Positions 1-11,154 of a DNA stretch of 64,000 nt are shown here, one piece after another (position 1 is the first letter of the stretch; every line of letters starts with the position of its first letter). The stretch is taken from NCBI GenBank assembly GCA_049999805.1, contig JBNGIO010006327.1, forward strand, positions 349,689-413,688, written 5' to 3'. A model generated the notes under the pieces. The model searched no databases and was not told the origin of the DNA. It worked only from the letters and a program-made list of their open reading frames with translations. Made by a program: the position numbers and the translations under genes. The stretch comes from Folioceros fuciformis. Taxonomy: Eukaryota.

Positions 1-69
1 CCATAGCCATAGCCATAGCCATAGCCATAGCCATAGCCATAGCCATAGCCATAGCCATAGCCATAGCCA
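1..69. repeat. (CCATAG)n microsatellite
   Basis: About 11 perfect hexamer copies are directly visible. Confidence 0.95.
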
Positions 70-82
70 CGGCCACCGCCAT
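1..82 (-). CDS. Probable 5' end of a gene running off the left edge (MAVAVAMAMAMA...), encoded largely by a (CCATAG)n hexamer repeat
   Basis: The minus strand has an ATG at 82 with an in-frame TGA a few codons upstream, followed by GCT ATG repeats. GGGCCC(A) site-II-like motifs lie at ~345-395. The product cannot be identified. Confidence 0.35.
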   Translation of the reverse strand, partial: MAVAVAMAMAMAMAMAMAMAMAMAMAM

Positions 83-566
83 AGCCTCCCTCCCTCACCT
101 TAACCCGAGTTAGCTCACTCACAGTGCAGGCCGTGCGTCGTACGACTGCCCGCCCCCAGCTCCAGACTCATCAGCTCTATCACCTCCCCACCTTCGCCGC
201 CTTCCAGTAACTTTGACTGGATTTCCCGGTCAAAGCAACATTTTTTCAATTTTGCGTCCCGCGGGCCGTGAAGCGTGCGTGATGGCATGCATTACTCTTG
301 CACACCTGGGTCGCGGAACCACTGCGACGTGGCAGTAAGGAGGGCGGGGCCCACCGTTCCCTGTCAGTGGGCCCCGCCAGGGACGGTGGGCCCCGCCCTC
401 GTCTCTGCTCCAGCCGCCACAAGCTGGGCTCCAGCCCGGCCTCATCTCCACACTCCAACCCAACGGGATGGAGGAGGACTTACGAAAAGCGAGCAAGCCA
501 AATAACACGCATAAAAACCGCAGGTCAGGCGGGGCCAGGTCAGTCCAGGCCACGCCAGCCAGGGAG

Positions 567-617
567 GGTCGTCTCGTCTCGTCTCGTCTCGTCTCGCTTC
601 GAATCGTCTCGTCTCGT
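567..617. repeat. (GTCTC)n pentamer microsatellite
   Basis: The gtctcgtctcgtctc... tract is directly visible. Confidence 0.85.
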
Positions 618-2104
618 GTTCCTTACTGTGCTGCATGTTTCCAAGGACCTTGTTCTCCCCTCCCCACTAGTGCTCTGCTTCCGCGAACGGGGCCAGGAGA
701 CCGTGCGACTGCCACCTTTGACCGCCACTACCGCCCTTTGACCCTTAAACTTTCCCCAGCCCTAATGAAATAATGAATGCATGTCTGTATGCATGCACAT
801 ATGAGTTCGTATGTGCTGTTTCCTTACATGCACGCGCGCACCGACATACAGCACGGGGGTATCGGAAGAGGGATCGGGATCGTTCTCGGCTGCCGGGCTG
901 CGAGAGAGCTTCGCCAAGCCACTGGATGTGGACGGGCCAGCCCTCTGGAGTGCGAGGGCAGGGCAGTGGAATGTGCGTTTGCGCAAGACACATCGGTGTC
1001 ACCAACCGTGAAGTGATGTAAAGGAGAAAGGGGGAAAGGTAGGCGAAAAGGGCACACCAAGCTGTGTCGGAGGGATCGCGCTCCACCGCTGCTGATGCCA
1101 GGAGTCCGGGACCTCCATTTTCCGTGCACAACTCCCCACCTGACCGTCCCACGTCACCCTGACGACGGCGGACGGAGGCTCGCCTTGTCTGAGTAAAAAA
1201 AGGTGGGTTACCTGTTGCTCTGGCTACCTGCACACCCTCAACCACAAGCGCTGTTACCACATCACGTACATGTTTTGTGGGTCCCGTCTCGGCTATGGAG
1301 GCTGTACCGCTCCCACCGCTCGGTGCTGTTGCGCAAGTTGGTGATCTCGGGCAGTCGCTCGCGACTGCCGTATCGGGCTTCTGGGGATCCTTCCGGACAT
1401 ACTGAGCCGAGCGTTCAAAGAAGGTGCGCTTATGGGACTCTCTTGTGTTTTTGTCAAAGGAGTTTGGAGACTTCTTGCTGCTTGCTCATGAGAGCAGGGT
1501 CCGGGTCCGAGACACACCTACGGCCTTCGATCACAGCTGCCTAGATGTCAGGCTATGGGAGGTGGTTGAACAGCTCACTCTGTAAGGGTCTCTCTTCTCC
1601 ACTTTGTTGCAACCGATTTGAAGTAACCTTGCGCGTGCCAGCCGAAGCTGCGAGTAACTACATACGTGGGTTTAGGTAGATATTTGCTTCGCGAGCTTGT
1701 GTGTAGGGCCCATCATGGTCTCATCACCCTCTGTCCCACACACGCTGCAAGATTACTGGCTCTAGGGAGTGGAGTGGGGACACAGGACAGCGTCAGTCTT
1801 GGCCGTGCAAATGCGGACCGGCTCATCATCTTCCAGTATAGGAGCAGGGTAAGGTACATTCCTCCCTTTATATATCACGAATGTTCTCAGGCACGAGAAA
1901 GCGCTGAGTAAATCTAAGCTGCTTACAGTTGTGGCTTAGCACACCTGACTGTGCGCCAGCGAAACATGTCCAGGGCCCGGCCTGGCCCGTGGGAATCTTA
2001 AGATACGTGCGCTACAGGACATCCCACAAAGCCTAGTGGATCCACCGATCAACACACAAAGATCTTTCCGCTCACAGCATTTGATGAAAAACCCTTGCGT
2101 GACC

Positions 2105-3370
2105 TCACGAGAACATGCTGGTGACTTGAGATTTTTTGAGCATGGAAATCTGCAACCCTGGATTCAGACCCTTCGGACACGCCTTGGCGCAGTTCATGAT
2201 GGTGTGACAGCGATACAGTTTGAACTCGTCGTTGATTGCATCCAGACGCTCCTTCGTGTAGTCATCTCTGCTGTCCGATATCCACCTGCCAACGTTCCAA
2301 CGACAGTCAGCATTCGTGCTCACACAGGGCATTGTTTAATCCTTGCTGTGCTGCCTCAGCTCCAAACACAAAGAGGACGCTGTAACCCCCTCCCGCCCCC
2401 CACTGTCACCTCTACCAAAACTAACATACAAGGCATCTTTGCTTAGGTGCCTAGGCCCCGAACAGACAGCATGCTGTAAGCCCCGCTACCGACATCTCCT
2501 AGAAACCCTACCCCACAGACATCCCCGAACAGACAGAAGTTGTCACCCCCTTCACTGTCATCGCTCCCGAACCCTACCATGCTACACGATCCCTCAAGGA
2601 CAGCGAAGAGCATCACCGACTTTCACACAGCCTACACAAGACTCCAGCCAGCATCCTGTGAGAAAACCCAAAACCCTCACTCACCTGTGAGCATGAAGAA
2701 GGGCTGCCGGACCCAGATACTTGTCCGGGTTCCACCAATAACTAGGGCATGAGGTGCTGCAGCAGGCGCAGAGAATGCACTCGTACATCCCATCCAGCTT
2801 AGCTCGGTCCTTCTTGCTCTGCAGATGCTCTTGCCCTTTCGGGGCTGGCTTCTTCGTCTTCAACCACGGCTCGATGCTCTTGTACTGGGCGTAGAACTGA
2901 GTCATGTCCGTCACCAGATCCTTGATCACATACATGTGCGGCAGAGGAGTAATGTAGCTCTCCTTGGACGCATCCTTGTTCACCGGGGTGAGGCACGCCA
3001 ACCCGTTTGTCCCTTCAATATTCATAGCGCAGGAGCCGCAGATGCCCTCCCGGCACGACCGGCGGAAGGCGAGCGTGGGGTCGATCTCGTTCTTGATTTT
3101 GATCAGCGCATCCAGCACCATTGGCCCGCACTGGTTCGTGTCCACCGTGTAGGTCTGCATGAACGGCTTGGCATTGTTCTCCGGGATCCATCGGTAGATT
3201 GCGAACTTCTTCAAGTTCGGTGCCTTGTTTGTGCTGCTGCTCGAGGATGGAGAGGCCGAAGGAGAGGTCTGCGCACCGGTGGCAGACACTTCCGCCGCCG
3301 GAAAGCTGGTGATGGATCGCAGCAGCTCCGACTTCCCTAGCCTGGATCCCGCTCTCCTGGCCGCCAACAT
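2105..3370 (-). CDS. SDH2: Succinate dehydrogenase iron-sulfur subunit, mitochondrial; 2 exons (3370-2685, 2285-2105), 288 aa
   Basis: Motifs [30 protein letters not shown] and [17 protein letters not shown]. The AG|gtgagt...cag|G splice restores [11 protein letters not shown]. The N-terminus is an Arg/Ser-rich presequence. Confidence 0.97.
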
Positions 3371-3759
3371 CGTGGACGGGAAGGTGCCTGCCTGAGAAGG
3401 GGAAAGGGAACCACAAGGACGAGGCAGCGGAACAGCAAGGGAGGCAGCCGAGAGCGATTTCCCGCTCACACAAACGGGAAACAATCAATCCTCTCTGCCA
3501 CAAAAATACCACCGTGATGCTCGCCACACCACCAATTTCAGAAGCTGGTGAGAGCAACACTCACCTACTCTGTGACAACCCCTGCCCCGTCTGTCGATAA
3601 GATTTCGAGTCCTTCACGGGACCGACAGCGCTGTGGACGGTGCCTCGTATAGTTTCCGCACACCTCACAGTCGACAATGAACGATATTTCGTATTCCGTA
3701 TTGCAAAACTGAGTGCCACTAAAGTCTTCATTTAAGCGCATTTTCAGACGAAATTTACA

Positions 3760-6211
3760 TTGATATTTAGGGTAAGAACAAACGGGACGAGAAGTCACAC
3801 GACCTGCCCTGCTCTATCCATGAGCTGCAAGGCAACCAGGTGCTTTCTCCAGGTTTCCCCCTTGCATGAATTTTCACAGCCCCATGCCCATGGATCACCT
3901 TCTCCCGAACGACTCCGCCACCTGTACAAAGCCCACGATGCAGGTTGCAAACAGAGTCACAGCTTTACTTCCTGTTTCTTCGATCTGTCAGACACCGAGG
4001 AGGAAATGCACACAAAGCCCACCTTCTTCCAGGAGTCTTTGGACACAGAGGAGCATAAGGCATCGTCATACCAAGCTGCAGCTGAGTGTCCAGCATGGTC
4101 TCCTTGCCCACTCATTGTCTCTGTGCCTTGCAGAAGGCACAATTCCACGTGCAAGTGGACCAATCGGGGCATAGACTCCACTATCTCAGTGCGTATGCAC
4201 ACCAAGATAGATAAAGTCAATGGATAGCATGCGACATTTCCAAAAGCTTGGTTCCCACCTTTGCCGAATGAACACTGTGTGGATGGAGTGCCACTGGAAT
4301 ACCAGCTGCGGCATAGGTGGAACCCTACTTGTCACTACACGTCCCAAGCTCGTGAGAAGGGCCTCAGCTGTCTGTGGCCAAGGTCTGGATGTTAGAGTGG
4401 CAGTGAGACATCCGAAACATCAGACCTGGTTGAGTGCGTGCGTGCTGGCTCGACATTGAAGAAGGCTCGCAGGTGTGATTCCTAGTGATGTTCGTGGTAG
4501 CTAGGGTTGTCCACATCATGGGCGCCGCTGTCGGAAGCCATTCCAGGATCGCTCCACCCTCATCGTACAACAGCCGGACAGCCTTGAACCCACGCTGATA
4601 GAAACTGAGGGGCAGCCTTCAAGGCTGTCGGCTGTTCTACAACGAGGATGGAGCTTGTAACCTACTGCTTCGATAGACTCTGCCTACTCACGGCAGCTCG
4701 GCAATAAGGCTGTGCGCTACAGCTTGGCTGGTTCTGTCTCCGGTTACATGTACGACAACTACACATTTTCTTGTCATAGTCAGGTAGAGGGTTGGCGTGT
4801 GTGAAAAGCATCTACCGGTCAGGACAGAAGCACGTGGACCACGTTGACACGGGGAGCAACTGAGTTCAGCCATACAGGTTGGTGCCTGGACTTGCAGGAT
4901 AGTCCTGAGTTTTAGGATGCAAGAAATGCCACCATCTTTTTCTCTGGTTGGTACGAGATCCACATCCTGTTTCTGGCTTATGTCTACAGACAAGTTGCGA
5001 TGGAGTTTTCCTACAGGAGTGGTGGTCGATCTTGGCAGGGGCCCGGGTAAGCTGTTTGCATTCGGAAAGCAGCATAGAGTTGTTACGGCCGTGGAGGAAC
5101 TTCGAGAGGTTCCTCTACTCTTGTATATCTCTCTCTGCATAGAGGACTATCCTTCAGGAGAGAAGTTTTGGGACCCCGATGATGTTTGGGACAAGTTCTG
5201 GGACCATGGTTGTCGGGGAGAATGTGGATTGTGCTGCCGCCGGCAGCGGAGGTCAAGCCTATGTTGGAATATGTTGTCTCCAGGGCTTGAAGGATGGGTG
5301 ATGCATCGTGTCCATGTGCTAGCTGACAAGCTCAGCGTGTGTGGAGACGAAGAGGAGTCAATTTTGGCTGTGTGCCAGACTTTGCGCGACCTATTAATGC
5401 TTGTGAAACGGGCCGTCGACCTTGTCATATATTCTGCAAGCGTGGAGCCGGCCGAGGCGATGCTCAGGTCTAACATTACGATAAAAGTTTTGTGGGACCT
5501 CAGATTGGGCCAGAGCAAGCCCAATATGCGATTTCTTGCCTTCTGCTACGAGCAGTGCAATTAATGGCATACTACGGCCAGGTCGAGGAGGGTCTGGAAG
5601 ACTTTGAGACATGTCTTGCCGCTGCTGACCCTTTTGGTCACGACATGGTGAGACAGTTGGAGAACAAGATCAGGGGCCAGTGTATTGGCCTCAGCGGGAT
5701 AGTTATGGACGAAATGGTTGTCGAGCTGGATAGGGTAGATAGGCTTAACGCATTTGCTGTTAGGCACGGGGGATTCATGTCCCCTTTCTCTATTGCCAAT
5801 TCCTTCATTCGGACGGTTTGGGCTGTTTGTGGATTCTCTGGTCCAGCTCTGTTAATCCCCTCTGTAGTGCCTACACTGAACCCCAGCAAGTCTCTACTGG
5901 ACACATTCTGGGATTGCAACGAGCATTCTTGTGTCTCATTGACCCTGTTGAGTCATGACCGCAAGGTGAATCATAGCTGTCCGTGGCTTCCAGACTCCCT
6001 GCTTTTCAGTATTCATGCCCTGGCGGACATCGTCGTCAAGGTCTTGGCGCCAACCAGAGAAGCGGCACTTGGTGGGGTTGCCCGCCTAGCTTCGTTGTCT
6101 CTGGAGAAAGCCAGGAATCACAGACAAAAGGAATTCTGGCCCATCATCCACTGGACATGGATCGAACGAGCCCGCCGGGCGGACCTGGTGCAGTGTTTGT
6201 GCCCTATCTAG
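3760..6211 (+). pseudogene. Disrupted member of an unrecognised gene/repeat family, homologous to 45283-47450 (-)
   Basis: Peptides shared with the inverted copy: MHRVHVLADKL..EEESI..LRDLL vs MHRLHVLADDL..QEESI..IRDLL; AAECPAWSP-CPLIVSVPCR vs AAEPPAWSPETPGPLIVRLPCR; FSCHSQVEGWRV vs FSCRRQEDGWRV. Stops and frame changes separate the blocks. Confidence 0.55.
4551..4654 (-). other. Long hairpin (37-38-nt arms, 29-nt loop), pre-miRNA-like
   Basis: Arm 4551-4588 is the near reverse complement of 4618-4654. Three of the four mismatches become G:U pairs in a minus-strand RNA, and there is one 1-nt bulge. Confidence 0.6.
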
Positions 6212-6936
6212 GGATAGATGGTTTTCTTTTTCTTTTCTAAAATTAATAGGAGACATTTTTGGCCCCATTAAGTTATTCTTCTTTATGATTGGAGTGAATA
6301 AGATTTTTATCTCTTTTTAATTGTAATAATAATAAGAATCTAAGAAATATTATTTACCGTGCTATATATGTACGTCAAACACCCGGGTATACCTACAATC
6401 AGGGACAAATACAGCACATCTTCATTTATTATTCTGTAGGCATGAACTCGAATTTTGTAATTGTTCTGAACCGAATAACCTAGGTCTGTGATCGGACCTA
6501 ACTGCTGCATGCCTCCCTTTCGAGGGACACAGCCTCCGCCTACGTTCGCCGCCTCCGTTCCCGCTCGTCCGCCCACTTTCCGACGCACTACCATCTAGAT
6601 TTATTCGAATGGTTTTGTGTTGTGTGCGCTCCTCTCAGCAGCAGATCATACATTGCCTGATGTGTAATTGGTGGTGGACCTGATCCAATCCTCTGCGGGT
6701 GACTTCTTCTGTTGTCGTGGCCTGTGCTGCTTCGGAGCAGATTACTATACGTTGCCTCATTGTTCGAGCGGGGTTTACGTCGTTGTTGGTTTTTTCTGTT
6801 TTTCCCGGAGAAATTCAGCGTGTTTATTCAGGTGAGGGAGACTGCTGTTGGCGTCGTTCTGTCTTACACTCTGATTGAAGAGAGCGGTGGGGACTGAGCT
6901 TTTGGTCTGGTAGCAGGTTGAAGAGAAATTCGCACA

Positions 6937-9900
6937 ATGGTGCCTGGCTTAGTAGTTTCGGATAGGGAGACAGCCACCGGAGCTGATTCACCCAAAAAAT
7001 GGAAAAAAGTGAAGTCTACTGCCGATTCTCCCGAGGGAGGATCCCCTGTCTCGTCGGACAAGGAAATGAGGAAGAAGAAGAAGAAAGACAGGAGATCCGA
7101 AGGGATGGTCAATGCGAGCTCGCCAGCTGAGCAAAGTGGGTTGAAGAGAAAGAAGGCATCCGCGTCTGATGAGGAGCCTCCCCTCAAGAAGGGTAAACTG
7201 TATAATGACGACTCCAAGGGTATTCGGGTGATGGCAGATGATGACTATGACACCACTGCTTCCCTCCAAGATTCAAAGCAGATCGATCCCATGGCGGTCT
7301 CCAGCTTCAACATCTCTGAGGCCGTGAGATCGAAGCTGAAGGAAAAGGGCATCGAATCACTTTTCCCAATCCAAGCACAGACTTTCGACACTGTCATGGG
7401 TGGAGATGATTTGGTTGGTCGAGCAAGGACCGGGCAGGTGTGGCTCTAGGTTTGTACTAAGTAGTACTTCTAGTATAGGGGTGCTTGAAACATGATTTTG
7501 ATTTAGTGCCTCTTTGTTGTTCTTTCAGGGAAAGACTTTGGCATTTGTTTTGCCAATCGTGGAGACACTGGCCGACAAGAAGAAAATGCACGCGAAGAGG
7601 CCCTACGGACGAGCTCCTGGTGTCATTGTGCTTGCTCCGACACGTGAACTGGCTAAACAGGTGACTTATACCATGCAACTTATGCTACCTGATGCTGTGG
7701 TTCACAGATGGGTCCCATTTCTCACACGGTTCTTTGTACAGGTCTTTGCAGATTTTGAGAACTATGGAAGGGCAGTTGGTCTCACTTCAGTGTGTGTCTA
7801 TGGCGGATCTCCTTATGCACCCCAGGAGAATGCACTCAGGAAAGGTGCAGACATAGTGGTTGGAACTCCAGGGCGCATCAAGGTATTGCTGCACACCTTC
7901 TGTACATTTGTGGATAGGTTCTTCCAGGATAGCAGATTTTAATAAGTGTTCTCTGTGGCCGCGCAGGATCTCATGGAGAAGGGGACATTGAATCTTAAAA
8001 CATTGAAGTTCCGTGTACTTGATGAAGCGGATGAAATGCTGAAGATGGGGTTTGTTGAGGACGTTGAGAAGATTCTTGGTGAGGGTCATACATTGCAATC
8101 TTGTCGAACAGAACTACTTAATCTCTAGTTCCTCTTTTCTCATTACTGTATGGTTTCTGCAGGTGGCGTGGATGACCCTTCTAGTGTGCAGACCCTCCTA
8201 TTCAGTGCCACCATGCCCCAATGGGTTAAGCAGGTACATAGCTTTTTTGGCTACGCTCAGTCCAAGTTTTGCATGCATCACCTAAGATGTATAACCTTTG
8301 TTGCAACTATTTACTTGCGTTTGAACTGGACAGATTGCAGCAAAGTTTCTGAAGGCAAGCAGGAGGACTGTTGATTTGGTTGGGAATGAGGAAATGAAAG
8401 CAAGTTCCTCTGTCAGACATCTTCTGATGCCCTGTGCCTATCAAGTCCGTTCTCAGGTTGTAAGCGATGTCATCAGCTGTTACAGCAGGTGGGGGCTCTT
8501 CTTGTAACTAATTCTTGGCGTAGATAGTCAATTCTAATGGATCCTGGGTAGAAGTTTCCCATCACTTCTGTGGATGACTCATATGTTGACATCGCAGTGG
8601 TGGGAAAACAATTGTTTTCACGGAGACAAAAAATGATGCGTCAGAGCTTGCAGGTGCCCTTTCTTCCTCTGCTCGTGCCTTGCATGGAGACATAGCTCAA
8701 GGGCAGCGTGAGGTCAGTCTTTTGCCAACTTACCCATCTGGATGCTTCTAGTTGGTGAAGTACATACTCGAAGCTGTGAATCATTCCAGTGTTTGTCACT
8801 CATCCTTCTGCTGACATAGTTTGTGTTCTCCTCAGGTGACTATGCAAGCTTTCCGCGAAAAAAAGTTCCAAATACTGGTCGCTACTGATGTTGCTGCACG
8901 TGGGCTGGATGTGAATGACGTCCAGTTGGTGATCCAGGTACGAACTGGAGATGTTATCCAGTGACGTGGTGCTGTCAAGCCACTGTCAAGTGCCGGTTTG
9001 CAGCTCTCATTTTTGGTAAGTGTTTTTTGTGTGCGCACTTTTATTCACGAGGTCGTGTGTCCTGTGCAGTGTGAGCCACCGAAGGATGTTGAAACGTATA
9101 TACATCGGTCTGGTCGTACTGGACGAGCAGGTATGCACTCATCAGTCTTGCAGGATGTGGCCTCCTGTAGTTGAACTTTCTCCCTTTACTGATCTGGCTG
9201 TGTCGGGGATATTTGTGGGCAGGTCACACGGGAATCTCTGTTTTGCTGTATGACCGAAAAAAGGCGTACATGGTACCTACCATTGAGAGAGGTGCAGGAT
9301 TTAAGTTTGAGCGCATTGCAGCTCCACAACCTGCAGACATTGCTAAAGCTTCTGCAACTTCTGCATTAGATGGTATTCGTGATGTATCAGATAGGTATTG
9401 ATACTCAACTGCATAGTTTTGTGTTGTCTTCATGAACCGCAATATCGCTTTCTTCTGCTTGTCATTCTTTGCAGTTCATGCTTTTGGTAGGTCACGGTTA
9501 TGCGTTATCTGAGAAATTGTGATCTAGTGGAGTGTGTTGAATGAACTGAATCCCTGCAATCTTCGCGTGCAGTGTCATACCTGTTTTTAGGGCTGCAGCA
9601 CAGAATCTTCTAGACAACTCTGGTTTACCACCTGTGGATATCTTGGCGAAGGCGCTTGCAAAGATATCTGTGAGTCTTGGCTTGATGGATTGCAGTTTGC
9701 TGTTAGGGTTATGACTAAATCTGTTCGTAGTTTCCAGTCTCGCACTATCATCCTGATGACTTTCTTTTCAATCACAGGGACATACTGATGTCAGTAGGAG
9801 ATCATTGCTCTCCTCTATTGACGGTGCAACGACATTGATCCTTGAAATACAAGTTTTCATGCAATCAACGGGGTACTTCTAAGTCTTCCTCTGTGTAGTG

Positions 9901-10484
9901 TGATTACTTCTGCAGTCGAGACCAGCCCCTCTTTAGCTTACTGCGTGGTATCATCTGATTCGTGCAGGTATGCGTTCAACTGTTTGAGAAAATTTCTCCC
10001 AGATGAAGTGGTGAGATCAGAAGTGAGTAGGATGTCTCTCTCTCGAGATGGATATTCTGCCGTTTTTGACCTCCCGTCAAAACTTGCAGCCGACTTCACT
10101 GAACGTGAGCAATCATTGGTTTCCTCTCTGCTAATGTTTTCCATGAATTAGCCGTCATCTCAGGGTCGAAACTTCTGACATGCAATTGAGCGTTGTGTTG
10201 CAGCAAAGGAAAGCAGTCTCTTTGGCAACGCTTTTACCATTAGGATTGCTGACAGAATCCCCGAGTTACAAATACGTCAATATGCCTCTGGGACTGGGAG
10301 AGGGTACGTGGGCTTGTTGGCTTCTGGACAAGGAATTTTGGCTTTCTGGTAAGCACATGCTAACTATTGATTTTGCATAAACTTCAGTGGTGGTAGGAAT
10401 GGGGGATCTGGATCTGGGCGAGGAGGAGGACGAGGAGGATCTTCTGCAGGGAGAGGTGGTGGAGGGCAACAGAGACGTTGGTAA
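6937..10484 (+). CDS. RH7: DEAD-box RNA helicase RH7 / DDX21-like, ~15 exons, with a GUCT-type domain and Gly/Arg-rich tail
   Basis: Lys-rich N-terminus, then [53 protein letters not shown] and [12 protein letters not shown]. The introns are canonical GT-AG, and the protein ends GGGGQQRRW*. Confidence 0.93.
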
Positions 10485-11154
10485 ATGCCTGTGCAAGACT
10501 GCGACCTTTCTCCAGGACACAAAGGGTGGTTGGATTTGTCGTTATCATCGGGTGATTCTATTATTAAAAGTTCCTTGCAGTCATGGTGACTAACGAAAAG
10601 CCGGACCGCAAGTGAGAGTTTGTATTGACCTGCGGCTTAGACGAATACGGAGTTTTGTGAACATTATTATTGGCCACCGCCAATTCTTTGCTGTAGGGAA
10701 GCTTCATTTCTTTCCTGCTTTGAAGCAAAGCATCAGCAGGTGATTATTTACGTTCCATATTGGAGAACTGTAGGACCTTGTTTTATTTGATCAAACTATT
10801 GTGGTTGTGTGTCGCGTTGCCTTCGACCACATTTCCATCACATGTACGCCATGCTTTAAGCATGTTGCAAGTGCTGCAATAAAACATTGGCAAATTTGCA
10901 CATGTACTCTGAATTCCGTGATGGTGATGATCCTGACCGACTACTTTGTGCAGTAGGTTAGTGGAAAACCAACAGTTAGGGATGAGAAACACTACACCTT
11001 ACCCAAAAAACAAAACCTTATCACAACTAGACGACTCGCGCGGTTCTGAACCATGAGACCCACATTCGGAATTTCAGCCTACGAGACTGTTGGTCTAATT
11101 TGTTTCATTTTATCATAAGTTGCTCTCTATTACAAACCTTCTTTTATAAATGGT

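Noticed and set aside
745-1911. Several 70-170-aa ORFs between the left-edge gene and SDH2
   Set aside because: They show no recognisable domain or consistent splice pattern, so a gene call cannot be supported.
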